The translations under genes and the position numbers were made by a program. From Candidatus Shapirobacteria bacterium (lineage in GTDB: Bacteria; Patescibacteriota; Microgenomatia; UBA12405): a DNA stretch of 33,160 nucleotides. Below are positions 16,151 to 26,037 of the stretch, piece by piece. The notes beneath the pieces were generated by a model, which had not been told where the DNA came from, did not search any database, and saw only the letters and a list, made by a program, of their open reading frames with translations. Location: contig JAQVSW010000001.1 in assembly GCA_028700345.1 (NCBI GenBank), forward strand, positions 1 through 33,160, written 5' to 3'. Every line of letters starts with the position of its first letter. Position 1 is the first letter of the stretch.

Positions 16151-18064
16151 ATGTCTGACATTCTTTCTGGTTTAAATAAATTTCAAAAAGAGGCGGTAAT
16201 CTATCAAGGAACTCCTCTTTTGATTTTGGCTGGAGCTGGCTCAGGTAAAACTCGAGTTTTAACCCACCGCGCTGCTTATTTTGTTGAGCAAAAATTAGCC
16301 TCTCCTTCAGAAGTTTTATTACTCACTTTTACCAACAAAGCTGCTGGAGAAATGAAAGAACGCATGTCAAAATTATTGCCAAAGCTAAATGCGGGTTCAC
16401 CCGCCAACACTGCGGAGCTGTGGGCGGGAACCTTTCATTCTTTTGGCTGTCGAGTTCTCCGAATTCATGGCAAAAATATTGGTCTTTCTTCTGACTTTGT
16501 TATATATGACAGCGACGATCAGGAGAACTTACTTCGCTCCGTTCTTTCCGGTATGGGTCTAACCGTAAAAGAATTTAAACCCACCTCTCTTCTTTATTTT
16601 ATTGAAAGCGCCAAAAATTCTTTCCAATCTCCCAATCAAGTTCAATTAGAAGCCAAAGGTTTTTGGGAGGTTACTGCGGCTAAAATTTATGCCAAATATC
16701 AATCTCAACTTCTTAAAAATATGGCTCTTGATTTTAATGATTTACTTTTTAAGACTGTCGAGCTCTTTCAACAGTATCCGCAGGTTATAGAAAAATATTG
16801 GCAAAAATACCATTATATTTTAGTTGATGAATATCAGGATACTAATGAGCTTCAGTATTTATTAACTAAGCTTTTAGCCGCTAAATATCAACAAATTACT
16901 GCTGTTGGCGATGCTTCTCAGTCAATTTATGGTTGGCGTGGTGCCAATTACAAAAATCTCTCTTCTTTTTCTCTTGATTTCCCCAACACCAAGATTATCA
17001 ACTTAGAGGAAAACTACCGCTCGACTAAAAATATTTTAAGTGCTGCCAACTCAGTTATTTCTAAAAACACTAGCCATCCAGTTTTAAATCTATTTACTAA
17101 AAAGAATTCCCCAGCCAAGATAAAAATATTTGAAGCTGATTCTGAAATAGCGGAGGCCGATTATATTTCAGAAAAAATAAAAGAGCTTCACACTTCCCTC
17201 CATTTTGCCTACAAAGATATCGCCGTTTTATACCGCATGAACGCCCAGTCCCGGGCTATTGAAGAATCATTTTTAAGAAACACTATTCCTTATGTTCTAA
17301 TTGGCGGTCTACGTTTTTATGACAGGGCTGAAATTAAGGATATAATTGCCATGCTTCGGATTGCCTTAAATTCCAAAGATGCTCTTTCCGCAGCTCGGGT
17401 AGAAAAAACATTAGGTAAACGACGCAAAATTATTTTTGATCAGCATTTAGATAATTTAAATCTAAAAAAATTATCATCTCTCCAGATTTTAGAATCACTG
17501 GTTGTCAATTCTGGCTATTTAAGTAAATATAATCCCCAAGAAGAGGATGATTTAAAAAAAATCGAAAACATCAAAGAATTAAAATCAGTTGCCGCCACCT
17601 ATCCTAAATTAAGTGATTTTTTGGAAAATATCGCTCTAGTTCAGCAGGAATATTCCCTTCAAGAAAAAAATAAGAAAAAAGAAAATCGTGAAGGCGTTCG
17701 CCTCATGACCCTTCACAGCAGTAAAGGGCTCGAGTTTGAGGCCGTTTTTTTAGTTGGTTTCGAAGAGGGGATACTGCCTCATTCTCGTTCCATGCTTACT
17801 GAGACTGAAATTGAAGAAGAGCGTCGTCTTTGTTATGTGGGGATTACTAGAGCCAAAGAATTACTTTTTATTACCTACGCCTCTCGTCGTCTCTTTTTTG
17901 GGAAATCATCTCTCAATGAAGCCTCTCGTTTTCTTTATGACATTCCTCGGGAATTGGTGGAGTACGATTCTTTTTCTGAAATAACTCGCGATTTTCGTTC
18001 TCCTCGTCGTTTTTCTAAATCTGATTCCAGCACAAATTTAATCTACGATCCTGATATATACTAA
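16151..18064 (+). CDS. pcrA: UvrD/PcrA-type SF1 DNA helicase
   Basis: Motifs seen: AGAGSGKT, DEYQDT, VGDASQSIYGWRGA, NYRS, LHSSKGLEFEAVFLVG and RRLCYVGITRAKE. The track ORF starts at TTG 16142; ATG 16151 (MSDILSGLN) is more plausible. Confidence 0.9.
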   Translation: MSDILSGLNKFQKEAVIYQGTPLLILAGAGSGKTRVLTHRAAYFVEQKLASPSEVLLLTFTNKAAGEMKERMSKLLPKLNAGSPANTAELWAGTFHSFGCRVLRIHGKNIGLSSDFVIYDSDDQENLLRSVLSGMGLTVKEFKPTSLLYFIESAKNSFQSPNQVQLEAKGFWEVTAAKIYAKYQSQLLKNMALDFNDLLFKTVELFQQYPQVIEKYWQKYHYILVDEYQDTNELQYLLTKLLAAKYQQITAVGDASQSIYGWRGANYKNLSSFSLDFPNTKIINLEENYRSTKNILSAANSVISKNTSHPVLNLFTKKNSPAKIKIFEADSEIAEADYISEKIKELHTSLHFAYKDIAVLYRMNAQSRAIEESFLRNTIPYVLIGGLRFYDRAEIKDIIAMLRIALNSKDALSAARVEKTLGKRRKIIFDQHLDNLNLKKLSSLQILESLVVNSGYLSKYNPQEEDDLKKIENIKELKSVAATYPKLSDFLENIALVQQEYSLQEKNKKKENREGVRLMTLHSSKGLEFEAVFLVGFEEGILPHSRSMLTETEIEEERRLCYVGITRAKELLFITYASRRLFFGKSSLNEASRFLYDIPRELVEYDSFSEITRDFRSPRRFSKSDSSTNLIYDPDIY

Positions 18065-18073
18065 TATAAGGCT

Positions 18074-19123
18074 ATGATTACTCGAATTCTATACAATGAA
18101 GAAAAAGAAGCATATTCAAAAGCGGTAATTCATCCGGTTCAAACTTGGGAGTGGGGGGAGTTTCAGCAGTCCCAGGGTCACAAAGTCTATCGCTTGGGAA
18201 TTTTTGACCAAGATAAACTAATTTCTGGTTATATGCTTTCTTTTCATCAAATTCCTCACACTAAATTTACTATCGGCACTCTTCTTCGAGGTCCCAAGAT
18301 TGACAAGGATATGATTGAAAATATCGGGAAAATCGCTCAAAATGAAAATGCTATATTTGTCAAAATAGAGCCTGATGATATTGAAAAAATTTATGACAAT
18401 AAAAATCAACTTTTAAAAAATAAAAGTATTGTTTTAAATTTTCCTGGCCTTGTTGTTTCTCCCAAAGTTGCTTTTTACCCTCATTCTTATATTGTCGATT
18501 TAAAAAAATCCGAGGAAGATTTACTTTCAGATATGTCCCCCAAAACTCGTTACAACATCAAGCTGGCCAACAGACATGGCGTAAAAATATCTCATTCCAC
18601 CAAAGACGAAGATTTCGAAATTTATCTAAAGATGCTTTTTGATACGACTCGTCGTCAAGGATTTTATTTACATTCTGAAAATTATCATCGCCGTCAATGG
18701 TCTCTTCTTAAAAATACTGGTATCCCTGAAATTTTTTTAGCCTCTTACCAAGATAAAATTCTGGCTGCCTTTATGATTTTTAAACTAAGAGATCGACTTT
18801 TTTATCCCTATGGGGCTTCACTTGACACTCACCGTGAGGTTATGGCTCCAACATTACTCATGTGGGAAGTAATTAAATATGGACAGTCCCTGGGACTTAA
18901 AAGTTTTGACATGTGGGGTTGCCTTGGACCTGATGCTAGTGTTAAAGATCAAGGTTATGGTTTTCATCGTTTTAAACAAGGCTTTGGTGGTAATCTAGTT
19001 CAATTTGTTGGTACCTATGATTTAGTCATTAACCCTCAGTATTACAAAATATACAATTTAGTTGATAAATATCGCTGGAAATTACTCCGTCTCAAAGCCA
19101 GTTTACCCAAACTATTTAAGTAG
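18074..19123 (+). CDS. FemAB/FemX-family aminoacyl-tRNA-dependent peptidoglycan peptide-bridge transferase
   Basis: 349 aa. WEWGEFQ, PKTRYNIKLANRHGV, FYPYGAS and MWGC are typical FemX-like segments. No coiled-coil insert is present. Confidence 0.7.
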   Translation: MITRILYNEEKEAYSKAVIHPVQTWEWGEFQQSQGHKVYRLGIFDQDKLISGYMLSFHQIPHTKFTIGTLLRGPKIDKDMIENIGKIAQNENAIFVKIEPDDIEKIYDNKNQLLKNKSIVLNFPGLVVSPKVAFYPHSYIVDLKKSEEDLLSDMSPKTRYNIKLANRHGVKISHSTKDEDFEIYLKMLFDTTRRQGFYLHSENYHRRQWSLLKNTGIPEIFLASYQDKILAAFMIFKLRDRLFYPYGASLDTHREVMAPTLLMWEVIKYGQSLGLKSFDMWGCLGPDASVKDQGYGFHRFKQGFGGNLVQFVGTYDLVINPQYYKIYNLVDKYRWKLLRLKASLPKLFK

Positions 19124-19133
19124 AAACAACTGT

Positions 19134-19616
19134 TTATTTGGAATGGACAATATATTCAGGGTGATCAAGTCTAACGACATTAATAAGATTTCCACCAATA
19201 ACTTTCATCCAAGGAAAATCTGCCCCCGCCCTTCTGTGCTGATCGAAATATCTTCTAAGTGATTCCTTCGATCTCTCAGACTGTCCCGCTACCGGTCTGG
19301 TATCATCATGCTTCCAAGTATCTCCCCAACGTGGGAAATCACTAGCAAGTTGCTCCTGAAGATCCGGCAGAATATCTTCATTTACTTTTTGGGGAAATGC
19401 TTTTCGATAACCAACCATAGATAAAGCCATATGATTAATCCATCCATCCCTGTCAGTATCACCGGGTAGTAAATCGAAATCGCAAGCAATACCAATTATA
19501 TCCTCCTCTCCTGTAACATCTGAAATATTAAATCTATTACAAACTGTCCCAACTTTTTCCAAAGACTCAGCTACCAACTCGGGAGAATGTTTTACAAGCT
19601 CATTATTATTTGTCAT
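19134..19616 (-). CDS. hypothetical protein (160 aa), no family recognised
   Basis: Clean ORF with its own near-consensus promoter. The sequence includes WINHMALS, RWGDTWKHDD and RRAGADFPWMKVIGGN, but I cannot assign a fold. Confidence 0.6.
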   Translation of the reverse strand: MTNNNELVKHSPELVAESLEKVGTVCNRFNISDVTGEEDIIGIACDFDLLPGDTDRDGWINHMALSMVGYRKAFPQKVNEDILPDLQEQLASDFPRWGDTWKHDDTRPVAGQSERSKESLRRYFDQHRRAGADFPWMKVIGGNLINVVRLDHPEYIVHSK

Positions 19617-19622
19617 AACTTA

Positions 19623-19651
19623 ATCATATAAGGTGCAAGAGATGTTGTCAA
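19623..19651 (-). promoter_or_regulatory. near-consensus sigma70 promoter TTGACA-N17-TATGAT, -10 ends 6 nt before the ATG of the 160-aa orphan
   Basis: On the minus strand, TTGACA is at c(19646..19651), followed by a 17-nt spacer and TATGAT at c(19623..19628). The gap taagtt then precedes the ATG at 19616. Confidence 0.55.
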
Positions 19652-19729
19652 TAATTTTTGTTATAAAGATATTAATTCAAAAGAAATATCTAAGCTACCT
19701 ATTTTGAGTAAATTTTATTAAAATACACT

Positions 19730-20032
19730 ATGTCCGACAACTCAATCACTGATGCTGTTTTTCAGCATACCGCCAGACTTTCCCGCTTAGAAATCAAGCC
19801 GGAAGAAGCAAGTATTAAAGATCAGTTAATTGAGGCGGCAAAATATGTGAAAGTTTTAGACGAATTAGACACCAAAGATATCTCGCCGACTTTTCAAGTA
19901 AATCATAAAAATAATGTCCTGCGTCAAGATAAAATTGAGCCTTCTTTGTCTCAAGATCTAGCCCTTTCTCAGGCTAAAAAAGTAAGTAATGGTTATTTTG
20001 AAACAGCCCCCACTATCAACAAAAACAAATGA
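19730..20032 (+). CDS. gatC: Asp/Glu-tRNA amidotransferase subunit C
   Basis: 100 aa. HTARLSRLEI and ISPTFQV are typical of GatC. It overlaps gatA through ATGA. Confidence 0.85.
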   Translation: MSDNSITDAVFQHTARLSRLEIKPEEASIKDQLIEAAKYVKVLDELDTKDISPTFQVNHKNNVLRQDKIEPSLSQDLALSQAKKVSNGYFETAPTINKNK

Positions 20033-21426
20033 CTGATTTAAATAAATTAACTTTATTTCAGGCCCGGCAAGGTCTAAAATCTAAAAAATTTACTGCTCCC
20101 GAGCTAGTTCAATCTTGTTTAAATAGAATTAAATCACTCGATAAAAAATTAAATTCTTTTGTCACTATTGTTGAAGAAAATGCCTTAAAGCAAGCAAAAA
20201 CAGTTGATATAAATTTACCTCTCGGAGGTATCCCTTTAGCCGTTAAAGATAATTACTTAACCAAGGATATTCGTACTACTGCCTCTTCTAAACTTCTCGA
20301 CAACTACATTGCTCAGTACGATGCCACCACCATTGATAAACTAAAAAAAGCTGGAGCCATTATTATTGGCAAAACAAATCTTGATGCTTGGGCACATGGT
20401 TCAAGTACGGAAAGCTCAGATTACGGCCCCACTCTCAATCCCTGGAATACACAGCATCTTCCTGGCGGTTCTAGCGGAGGCTCTGCCGCTGCTATCGCTG
20501 CTGACGAAACTATTATTTCAGTTGGTTCCGAAACTGCCGGTTCCATTCGTCAACCAGCCGCCTGGTGTGGGGTAGTTGGTTTTAAACCCACTTATGGTCG
20601 GGTTTCTCGCTACGGTATTATTGCTATGAAATCGAGTACTGATTCTCCTGGTCCGATTTGTAAAAGCGTTGATGACGCTGCCACTCTTTTGGGAATAATG
20701 TCAGGACACGATCCCCTCGATGCCACTTCTATTGACGAAGATCCCTGGAAAAAACCTGAAAGCAGACAAAATTTAAATGGTCTCAAAATTGGCCTACCTC
20801 TTTCCTATTTTCCATCCCAAATTCAGCCAGAAGTTAAAGAGGCAATTTTAAAAGCCGCCGAGATTTTCAAAAAATTCGGGGCGCAGATTATAGAACTTCC
20901 CGATGTTTTAGACCCTAAATATTCGATTGCCGTTTACACTATTCTCCAGCGTTCTGAAGTTTCTAGTAATCTGGCTCGCTTTGACGGTATCCGCTATGGT
21001 CATGATCGTAGTTTTTTTGGCACCGAAGCCAAGCGCCGTATCATGCTTGGTACTTATTCTTTATCTGCCGGTTATTACGATGCCTATTACCTAAAAGCTC
21101 AGAAAGTTCGCACCCTTATTTGTCAGGATTTTGATAAGCAGTTTCAAAAAGTAGATGCCATTATCGGTCCCGTCTCTCCCACTACCGCTCTAAAAGTAGG
21201 CGCCTCTAAGGGTCAGGCCATGTTTGGTGAGCTTCAAGATATGCTTGTTGAGCCATCGAGTATTGCCGGTTTACCGGGCATCTCTATTCCTTGTGGATTT
21301 GACAAAATTGCTTTACCTGTTAGCCTTCAAATAATTGCTCCTCAGCGTCGCGAAGATCTTGTTTATCAGATTGCCAAATTATTTGAAGATAATACCGATT
21401 ATCATTTGCAGCGTCCAACTTTATGA
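20029..21426 (+). CDS. gatA: Asp/Glu-tRNA amidotransferase subunit A
   Basis: 465 aa with the amidase signature GGSSGGSAAAIA and the GSETAGSIRQPA segment. Confidence 0.95.
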   Translation: MTDLNKLTLFQARQGLKSKKFTAPELVQSCLNRIKSLDKKLNSFVTIVEENALKQAKTVDINLPLGGIPLAVKDNYLTKDIRTTASSKLLDNYIAQYDATTIDKLKKAGAIIIGKTNLDAWAHGSSTESSDYGPTLNPWNTQHLPGGSSGGSAAAIAADETIISVGSETAGSIRQPAAWCGVVGFKPTYGRVSRYGIIAMKSSTDSPGPICKSVDDAATLLGIMSGHDPLDATSIDEDPWKKPESRQNLNGLKIGLPLSYFPSQIQPEVKEAILKAAEIFKKFGAQIIELPDVLDPKYSIAVYTILQRSEVSSNLARFDGIRYGHDRSFFGTEAKRRIMLGTYSLSAGYYDAYYLKAQKVRTLICQDFDKQFQKVDAIIGPVSPTTALKVGASKGQAMFGELQDMLVEPSSIAGLPGISIPCGFDKIALPVSLQIIAPQRREDLVYQIAKLFEDNTDYHLQRPTL

Positions 21427-22823
21427 AAATTACTCCCATTATTGGACTAGAAGTCCACGTTGAACTAAAAACTCAGTCAAAAATGTTTTGTGGCTGTAGT
21501 GCCGACCATTTTCATGTCGAAGCCAATACTCATACCTGTCCTGTCTGTCTCGGTCTTCCTGGAGCCCTCCCTGTTCCCAACAAAACAGCCTGCGAATGGT
21601 GTGTAAAACTCGGGCTGGCTTTGGGTTGTTCTATCAATGAACAGTCTTTTTTTGAACGCAAAAATTATTTTTATCCAGATCTTGCCAAGGGTTATCAAAT
21701 TACTCAGCTTCAAAAACCCTTTGCCATCAACGGCAAATTAACAATTGACGATCACGAAATTAGAATCAATCGAGCTCACATGGAAGAAGATACAGGCAAA
21801 TCAGTTCATGTCGATGGCTCAACTCTACTTGATTTCAACCGCTCCGGTGTTCCTCTTGTTGAAATTGTCTCTGAGCCCGATATCCAGTCAGCCAAGGAAG
21901 CCAAAAAATATTTAAATAAACTTCAACAAATTATCCGCTATATTGGTATTTCTGACGCTGACATTGAAAAAGGTTCCATGCGCTGCGAACCCACTGTCAA
22001 TGTTTGCATCGATGACCAGTTTTATACCCCACTGGTAGAAATTAAAAATGTCGCCTCACTTACCGGTGTTATGAATGCTATAGACTTTGAAATTAATCGT
22101 CAGGTCAAACAATTTGAAGAAGATCGCCAACAAAAAAATTCTTCAAATAAAACTACTCGCGGTTGGGACGCTGACAAAAATCAGACTTTTTTACAGCGAG
22201 AAAAAGAGGGAAGTGCTGACTATCGTTATTTTCCTGAGCCCGATATTCCCCCAATAATTTTTTCTAAAGAAAAAATCGAGGAAATTCAAAAAAACCTCCC
22301 CAAACTTCCCGGCGTTAAAATCTCTGAATATAAAATGCTTGGTCTTTCTGATTACGACGCTAATCTTTTGGCTGAGGACAAAGACTTTTCTGAAATTTTT
22401 GACAAAATAATTTCTCTTGACAATTCAAATGAATTTGCCAAATTCTCTGCCAATTTACTTCTTGGCCCTCTTAAAATTATCGAAATTGAAATTGAAAAAA
22501 TTAATCCTGAATATTTCAAAAAATTATTTGATAAAAAATCAGAGCTTTCTTCTACTGTTATTAAACAATTAATATTAGATTCCTACCAAAGCGGTCTTGA
22601 TCCCTTAGAAATTGCTCAAAAGCAAAATCTTTTTCAGATCTCCGATACTGGTGCTCTCGAAAAACTAGCGAAAGAAGTGATTGAAACTAATCCTAAGGCG
22701 GTTGAGGATTATCATAAAAATCCTCTTGCTATCGGCTTTCTCGTTGGCCGACTGATGAAAGTTTCAAGAGGTAGTGCCAATCCTCAAAGCGGAAAAGAAA
22801 TTTTGGAAAAATTACTAAAATAA
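21423..22823 (+). CDS. gatB: Asp/Glu-tRNA amidotransferase subunit B
   Basis: 466 aa with IGLEVHVELKTQSKMFCGC, CPVCLGLPGALP, RCEPTVNV and YRYFPEPDIPP. Confidence 0.95.
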   Translation: MKITPIIGLEVHVELKTQSKMFCGCSADHFHVEANTHTCPVCLGLPGALPVPNKTACEWCVKLGLALGCSINEQSFFERKNYFYPDLAKGYQITQLQKPFAINGKLTIDDHEIRINRAHMEEDTGKSVHVDGSTLLDFNRSGVPLVEIVSEPDIQSAKEAKKYLNKLQQIIRYIGISDADIEKGSMRCEPTVNVCIDDQFYTPLVEIKNVASLTGVMNAIDFEINRQVKQFEEDRQQKNSSNKTTRGWDADKNQTFLQREKEGSADYRYFPEPDIPPIIFSKEKIEEIQKNLPKLPGVKISEYKMLGLSDYDANLLAEDKDFSEIFDKIISLDNSNEFAKFSANLLLGPLKIIEIEIEKINPEYFKKLFDKKSELSSTVIKQLILDSYQSGLDPLEIAQKQNLFQISDTGALEKLAKEVIETNPKAVEDYHKNPLAIGFLVGRLMKVSRGSANPQSGKEILEKLLK

Positions 22824-22850
22824 ACTTAGTCTATTAAATATTTTTTACTA

Positions 22851-25800
22851 TTGGTGAGTAATTATAAAAGCGAATATCAAAAATTAAATAATGAGCAAAA
22901 ACTAGCCGTCGACACCATCGAGGGTCCAGTGATGGTTATTGCTGGCGCAGGTACCGGGAAAACTCAAACTATTGCTCTAAGAATAGGCAAAATATTGCAG
23001 GAAACCCATGTTAACCCCAGTAATATTTTATGTCTAACCTTTACCGAAAATGCGGCTCTAAACATGCGCGAGCGTTTGATAAATATTATCGGTTCTCCGG
23101 CCTACAACGTTCGTATTTCCACCTTTCATGGTTTTTGTAACTCGATTATCAAAGATCATCCCGAATATTTTTTAAAATCTACCGTCGAATCAGAAGCCAT
23201 CGACGATATCACTCAAATTGAAATTATTCGTGCGCTCATTGATAAATTACCAAGTGAAAGTCCCCTGAAAAATCTCAACTATACCTACTTTTATCAAAAA
23301 GATATTATTTCCACCCTCTCCACTCTCAAAAAAGAAAATATTTCCCCCGCCCGCTTTAACGAATTACTAAAATATGCTGCCGAATTTGTGGCCTTAGCCT
23401 CACCGCTCGTTGATAAATTAGTAGCTATCCGCGCCACCTCCAAAGCTGCCCTCGAAATTACGGGTCTAGTTTCAGATTTAATAACTAATTCCAAAATTAA
23501 TCCTCTTTATCAGGTCCGTTTAAAATATTTTTTGACTCTCTACACTTCGCAGGCCTGTACTCTCTCCGAACTCAAAAAAAATGTCAAAGATTTTATTGAA
23601 AATCTAAACAGTAGTTTACCCAAGCTTAGGGATTTATCAAATATTTACCAATCCTATCAACGGACTCTATTGGACCGCGGTCTCTACGATTACGAGGATA
23701 TGATTCTCTGGGTAATCTTAGCTCTTCAAACCCACTCTGAGTTACTTTCACAGTATCAGGAAATTTATCAGTATCTTCTCGTTGATGAATTCCAGGATAC
23801 TAATTCTTCGCAAATGGAAATATTGAATTTACTTACCAAGGGTCAGGATAATCCCAATCTTTTTGTCGTAGGCGATGATGATCAGTCTATCTTTCGTTTC
23901 CAAGGTGCCAGTGTGGAAAATGTTTACACTTTTTATCAAAAATATCAAAAGAATTTAAAACTAATCGTTCTAAAAAACAATTACCGGAGCCATCAATTAA
24001 TTCTCGATTCATCGAAGGACGTTATCAATCACAATCAAAGTCGGATTACCAGGTACATTAGTAATTTAGATAAATCTCTAAAATCAGTCAGCACCCATGA
24101 CCCCGACCCTATCAATCTTTTTGCCGCCAATTCCGTGGTTGAAGAAAACTATTGGGTGGCAAATAAAATTAAAAAATTAGTTGACGGGGGAGTTGCCCCC
24201 CGCGAAATTGCTGTGCTTTATAGAAATAATGCTGATATCAACGATTTACTACCTTATCTATCACAAAACAATCTACATTATCTCCGTTCCGATGCCGTCA
24301 ATATTTTAGATACTCCGAAGATTCAGCAGCTTTTAACTCTTTTAAAGTATTTGGCCTCTCCAAGCGATGACACTCTGCTTTTTCATCTTCTTTCCTTTAA
24401 TTTTATTAATTTTAATTCCTTAAATCTTTATAAACTTTTTCATTCTGTCAAAAAAGACAATTTATCTCTTTCTGAAATTATCTTTGATAAAAATTTCTTA
24501 AAAAAGCAAAAATTTTCTCCAAATTTTATTAAAAAAATTAATAACTTTTCTCTCCGTGTCGCTAAAATTGAAAAATTGTCAAAGAATTTACCTGCCGACG
24601 AGCTTTTTAATCTAATTATTCGAAAATTTAATTACCTACCCTATGTCTTAAAAACTGGTAACTTATCGCTTTTAAAACAATTAAACACTCTCTATTCCCA
24701 CCTTAAACAAAGTCTCTTAACTGAAAAAATGGATTTATTTACCTGGGTTAAAAAACTTGATTTACTTTTTGAAAATAATATCCCTCTAAATTCTTTCGCT
24801 CTAATTTCTGAAATAGACGAGAGTCTTCGACTGATGACTGTTCACAAAGCCAAAGGTTTGGAATTTGAACATGTTTTTTTGATCAAAGTATTATCAGGAA
24901 AATGGGACAATTCGTTTAGTCGCTCTCTAATAAAATTGCCCCTCGGGATTCTTCGCTATGACGTTGCCGCTGGTGACAATTTAGAAGAGGACCGCCGCCT
25001 TTTTTATGTGGCCCTGACCCGGGCCAAAAAACAAATTTATCTTTCTTATTCTCGTTTCAATGATTCTCGCCGCGAACAAATGGCCTCGCAATTTATTAGT
25101 GAAATTAACTCTAAACTTATTGAAAAGATTTCTTCCGATTCTGCTATTGAAAAAGAATCACTGCTTGCCTTATTCCACCCCTCTGTCCCAAAAATTCAAT
25201 CAATGAGTCTATTTTCTTATCTTCAAAACTACTTATCTACCAGCTATCGTTTCAATATTACCCACCTCAACTCTTATCTTAAATGTCCTCTCTGTTTTTT
25301 CTTTAAAACCATCCTCCGTCTTCCTTACCCCAAAACAAAATCTCTCTCTTTTGGTACCAGTGTCCACGGGGCTTTGGCCTATTTGACGCAGATTTATAAA
25401 AAAGAAAATTATTTAATTTCTCTTAGCCAATTTCTTTCTATTTTCGATCTTAATCTAAAAAGGGAAAATCTCTCCAAAAATGATTATCAGGATTTATTAA
25501 GTCATGGCCATCAGGTTTTAACCGACTATTATGAGCATTACAAAAATGATTTTAACGGTCGTTGTCTAACCGAGCATGATTTTAAGTTTTTTAATGTCCG
25601 CATGGACGATATTCCTTTGACTGGAAAAATCGATAAAATTGAATTTTTATCGGGGCAAAAGGTTAATGTGGTTGATTATAAAACTGGCAAACCCGATTCA
25701 AAATCCCAGCAGCTTGGTTCTGAGGGGGATTATTTTCGACAGCTTGTCTTTTATAAATTACTTTGCACTGAGGCCAAGGGCTTTCCTTACGATGTCGTTT

Positions 25801-26006
25801 CTGGCACTATCGATTTTATTGAAAAAAACAATAAAAACCTTTTTGTTCGCAAAAATTATTCTTTGACTGCCGATGACGTTTCAAAATTAAAATCTCAAAT
25901 TACGCAGGTTTTTTCAAAAATTAAATCCCTTGATTTTACCCCAAATTCCAAATGTGAAGACAAAGACCACCTTCATTATTTATTTGATAAATATTTTAAA
26001 TCTTGA
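22851..26006 (+). CDS. single-chain UvrD-like helicase fused to a C-terminal PD-(D/E)XK (RecB/AddAB-type) nuclease domain
   Basis: 1051 aa. Helicase motifs: AGAGTGKT, DEFQDT, VGDDDQSIFRFQGA, NYRS, VHKAKGLEFEHVFL and RRLFYVALTRAKK. C-terminal nuclease motifs: GKIDKIE..VVDYKTGK..YFRQLVFYKLL. The start is non-ATG (TTG 22851 or GTG 22854). Confidence 0.85.
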   Translation: MVSNYKSEYQKLNNEQKLAVDTIEGPVMVIAGAGTGKTQTIALRIGKILQETHVNPSNILCLTFTENAALNMRERLINIIGSPAYNVRISTFHGFCNSIIKDHPEYFLKSTVESEAIDDITQIEIIRALIDKLPSESPLKNLNYTYFYQKDIISTLSTLKKENISPARFNELLKYAAEFVALASPLVDKLVAIRATSKAALEITGLVSDLITNSKINPLYQVRLKYFLTLYTSQACTLSELKKNVKDFIENLNSSLPKLRDLSNIYQSYQRTLLDRGLYDYEDMILWVILALQTHSELLSQYQEIYQYLLVDEFQDTNSSQMEILNLLTKGQDNPNLFVVGDDDQSIFRFQGASVENVYTFYQKYQKNLKLIVLKNNYRSHQLILDSSKDVINHNQSRITRYISNLDKSLKSVSTHDPDPINLFAANSVVEENYWVANKIKKLVDGGVAPREIAVLYRNNADINDLLPYLSQNNLHYLRSDAVNILDTPKIQQLLTLLKYLASPSDDTLLFHLLSFNFINFNSLNLYKLFHSVKKDNLSLSEIIFDKNFLKKQKFSPNFIKKINNFSLRVAKIEKLSKNLPADELFNLIIRKFNYLPYVLKTGNLSLLKQLNTLYSHLKQSLLTEKMDLFTWVKKLDLLFENNIPLNSFALISEIDESLRLMTVHKAKGLEFEHVFLIKVLSGKWDNSFSRSLIKLPLGILRYDVAAGDNLEEDRRLFYVALTRAKKQIYLSYSRFNDSRREQMASQFISEINSKLIEKISSDSAIEKESLLALFHPSVPKIQSMSLFSYLQNYLSTSYRFNITHLNSYLKCPLCFFFKTILRLPYPKTKSLSFGTSVHGALAYLTQIYKKENYLISLSQFLSIFDLNLKRENLSKNDYQDLLSHGHQVLTDYYEHYKNDFNGRCLTEHDFKFFNVRMDDIPLTGKIDKIEFLSGQKVNVVDYKTGKPDSKSQQLGSEGDYFRQLVFYKLLCTEAKGFPYDVVSGTIDFIEKNNKNLFVRKNYSLTADDVSKLKSQITQVFSKIKSLDFTPNSKCEDKDHLHYLFDKYFKS

Positions 26007-26031
26007 TAACTGTAATACATTGTATTACAAT
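26003..26031 (+). promoter_or_regulatory. TA-module promoter TTGATA-N17-TACAAT containing a perfect 9-1-9 palindrome (putative antitoxin operator)
   Basis: TTGATA is at 26003..26008 and contains the helicase TGA stop. TACAAT is at 26026..26031, 6 nt before ATG 26038. The palindrome TGTAATACA-T-TGTATTACA spans 26011..26029. Confidence 0.6.
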
Positions 26032-26037
26032 TAGTCC

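Noticed and set aside
19134-19616. Horizontal acquisition of the 160-aa orphan, inferred from its apparently higher GC.
   Set aside because: By eye its GC is similar to gatA, gatB and dnaK. Only the membrane-protein genes are markedly more AT-rich, so composition alone does not support foreign origin.
25200-26006. A Cas4/AddB-like Fe-S cluster in the nuclease domain of the helicase-nuclease.
   Set aside because: Cysteines are present (CPLC near the domain start and single Cys residues later). However, they do not form the one-plus-three Cys pattern (C..CxxCx5C) that I know for AddB/Cas4, so no claim is made.
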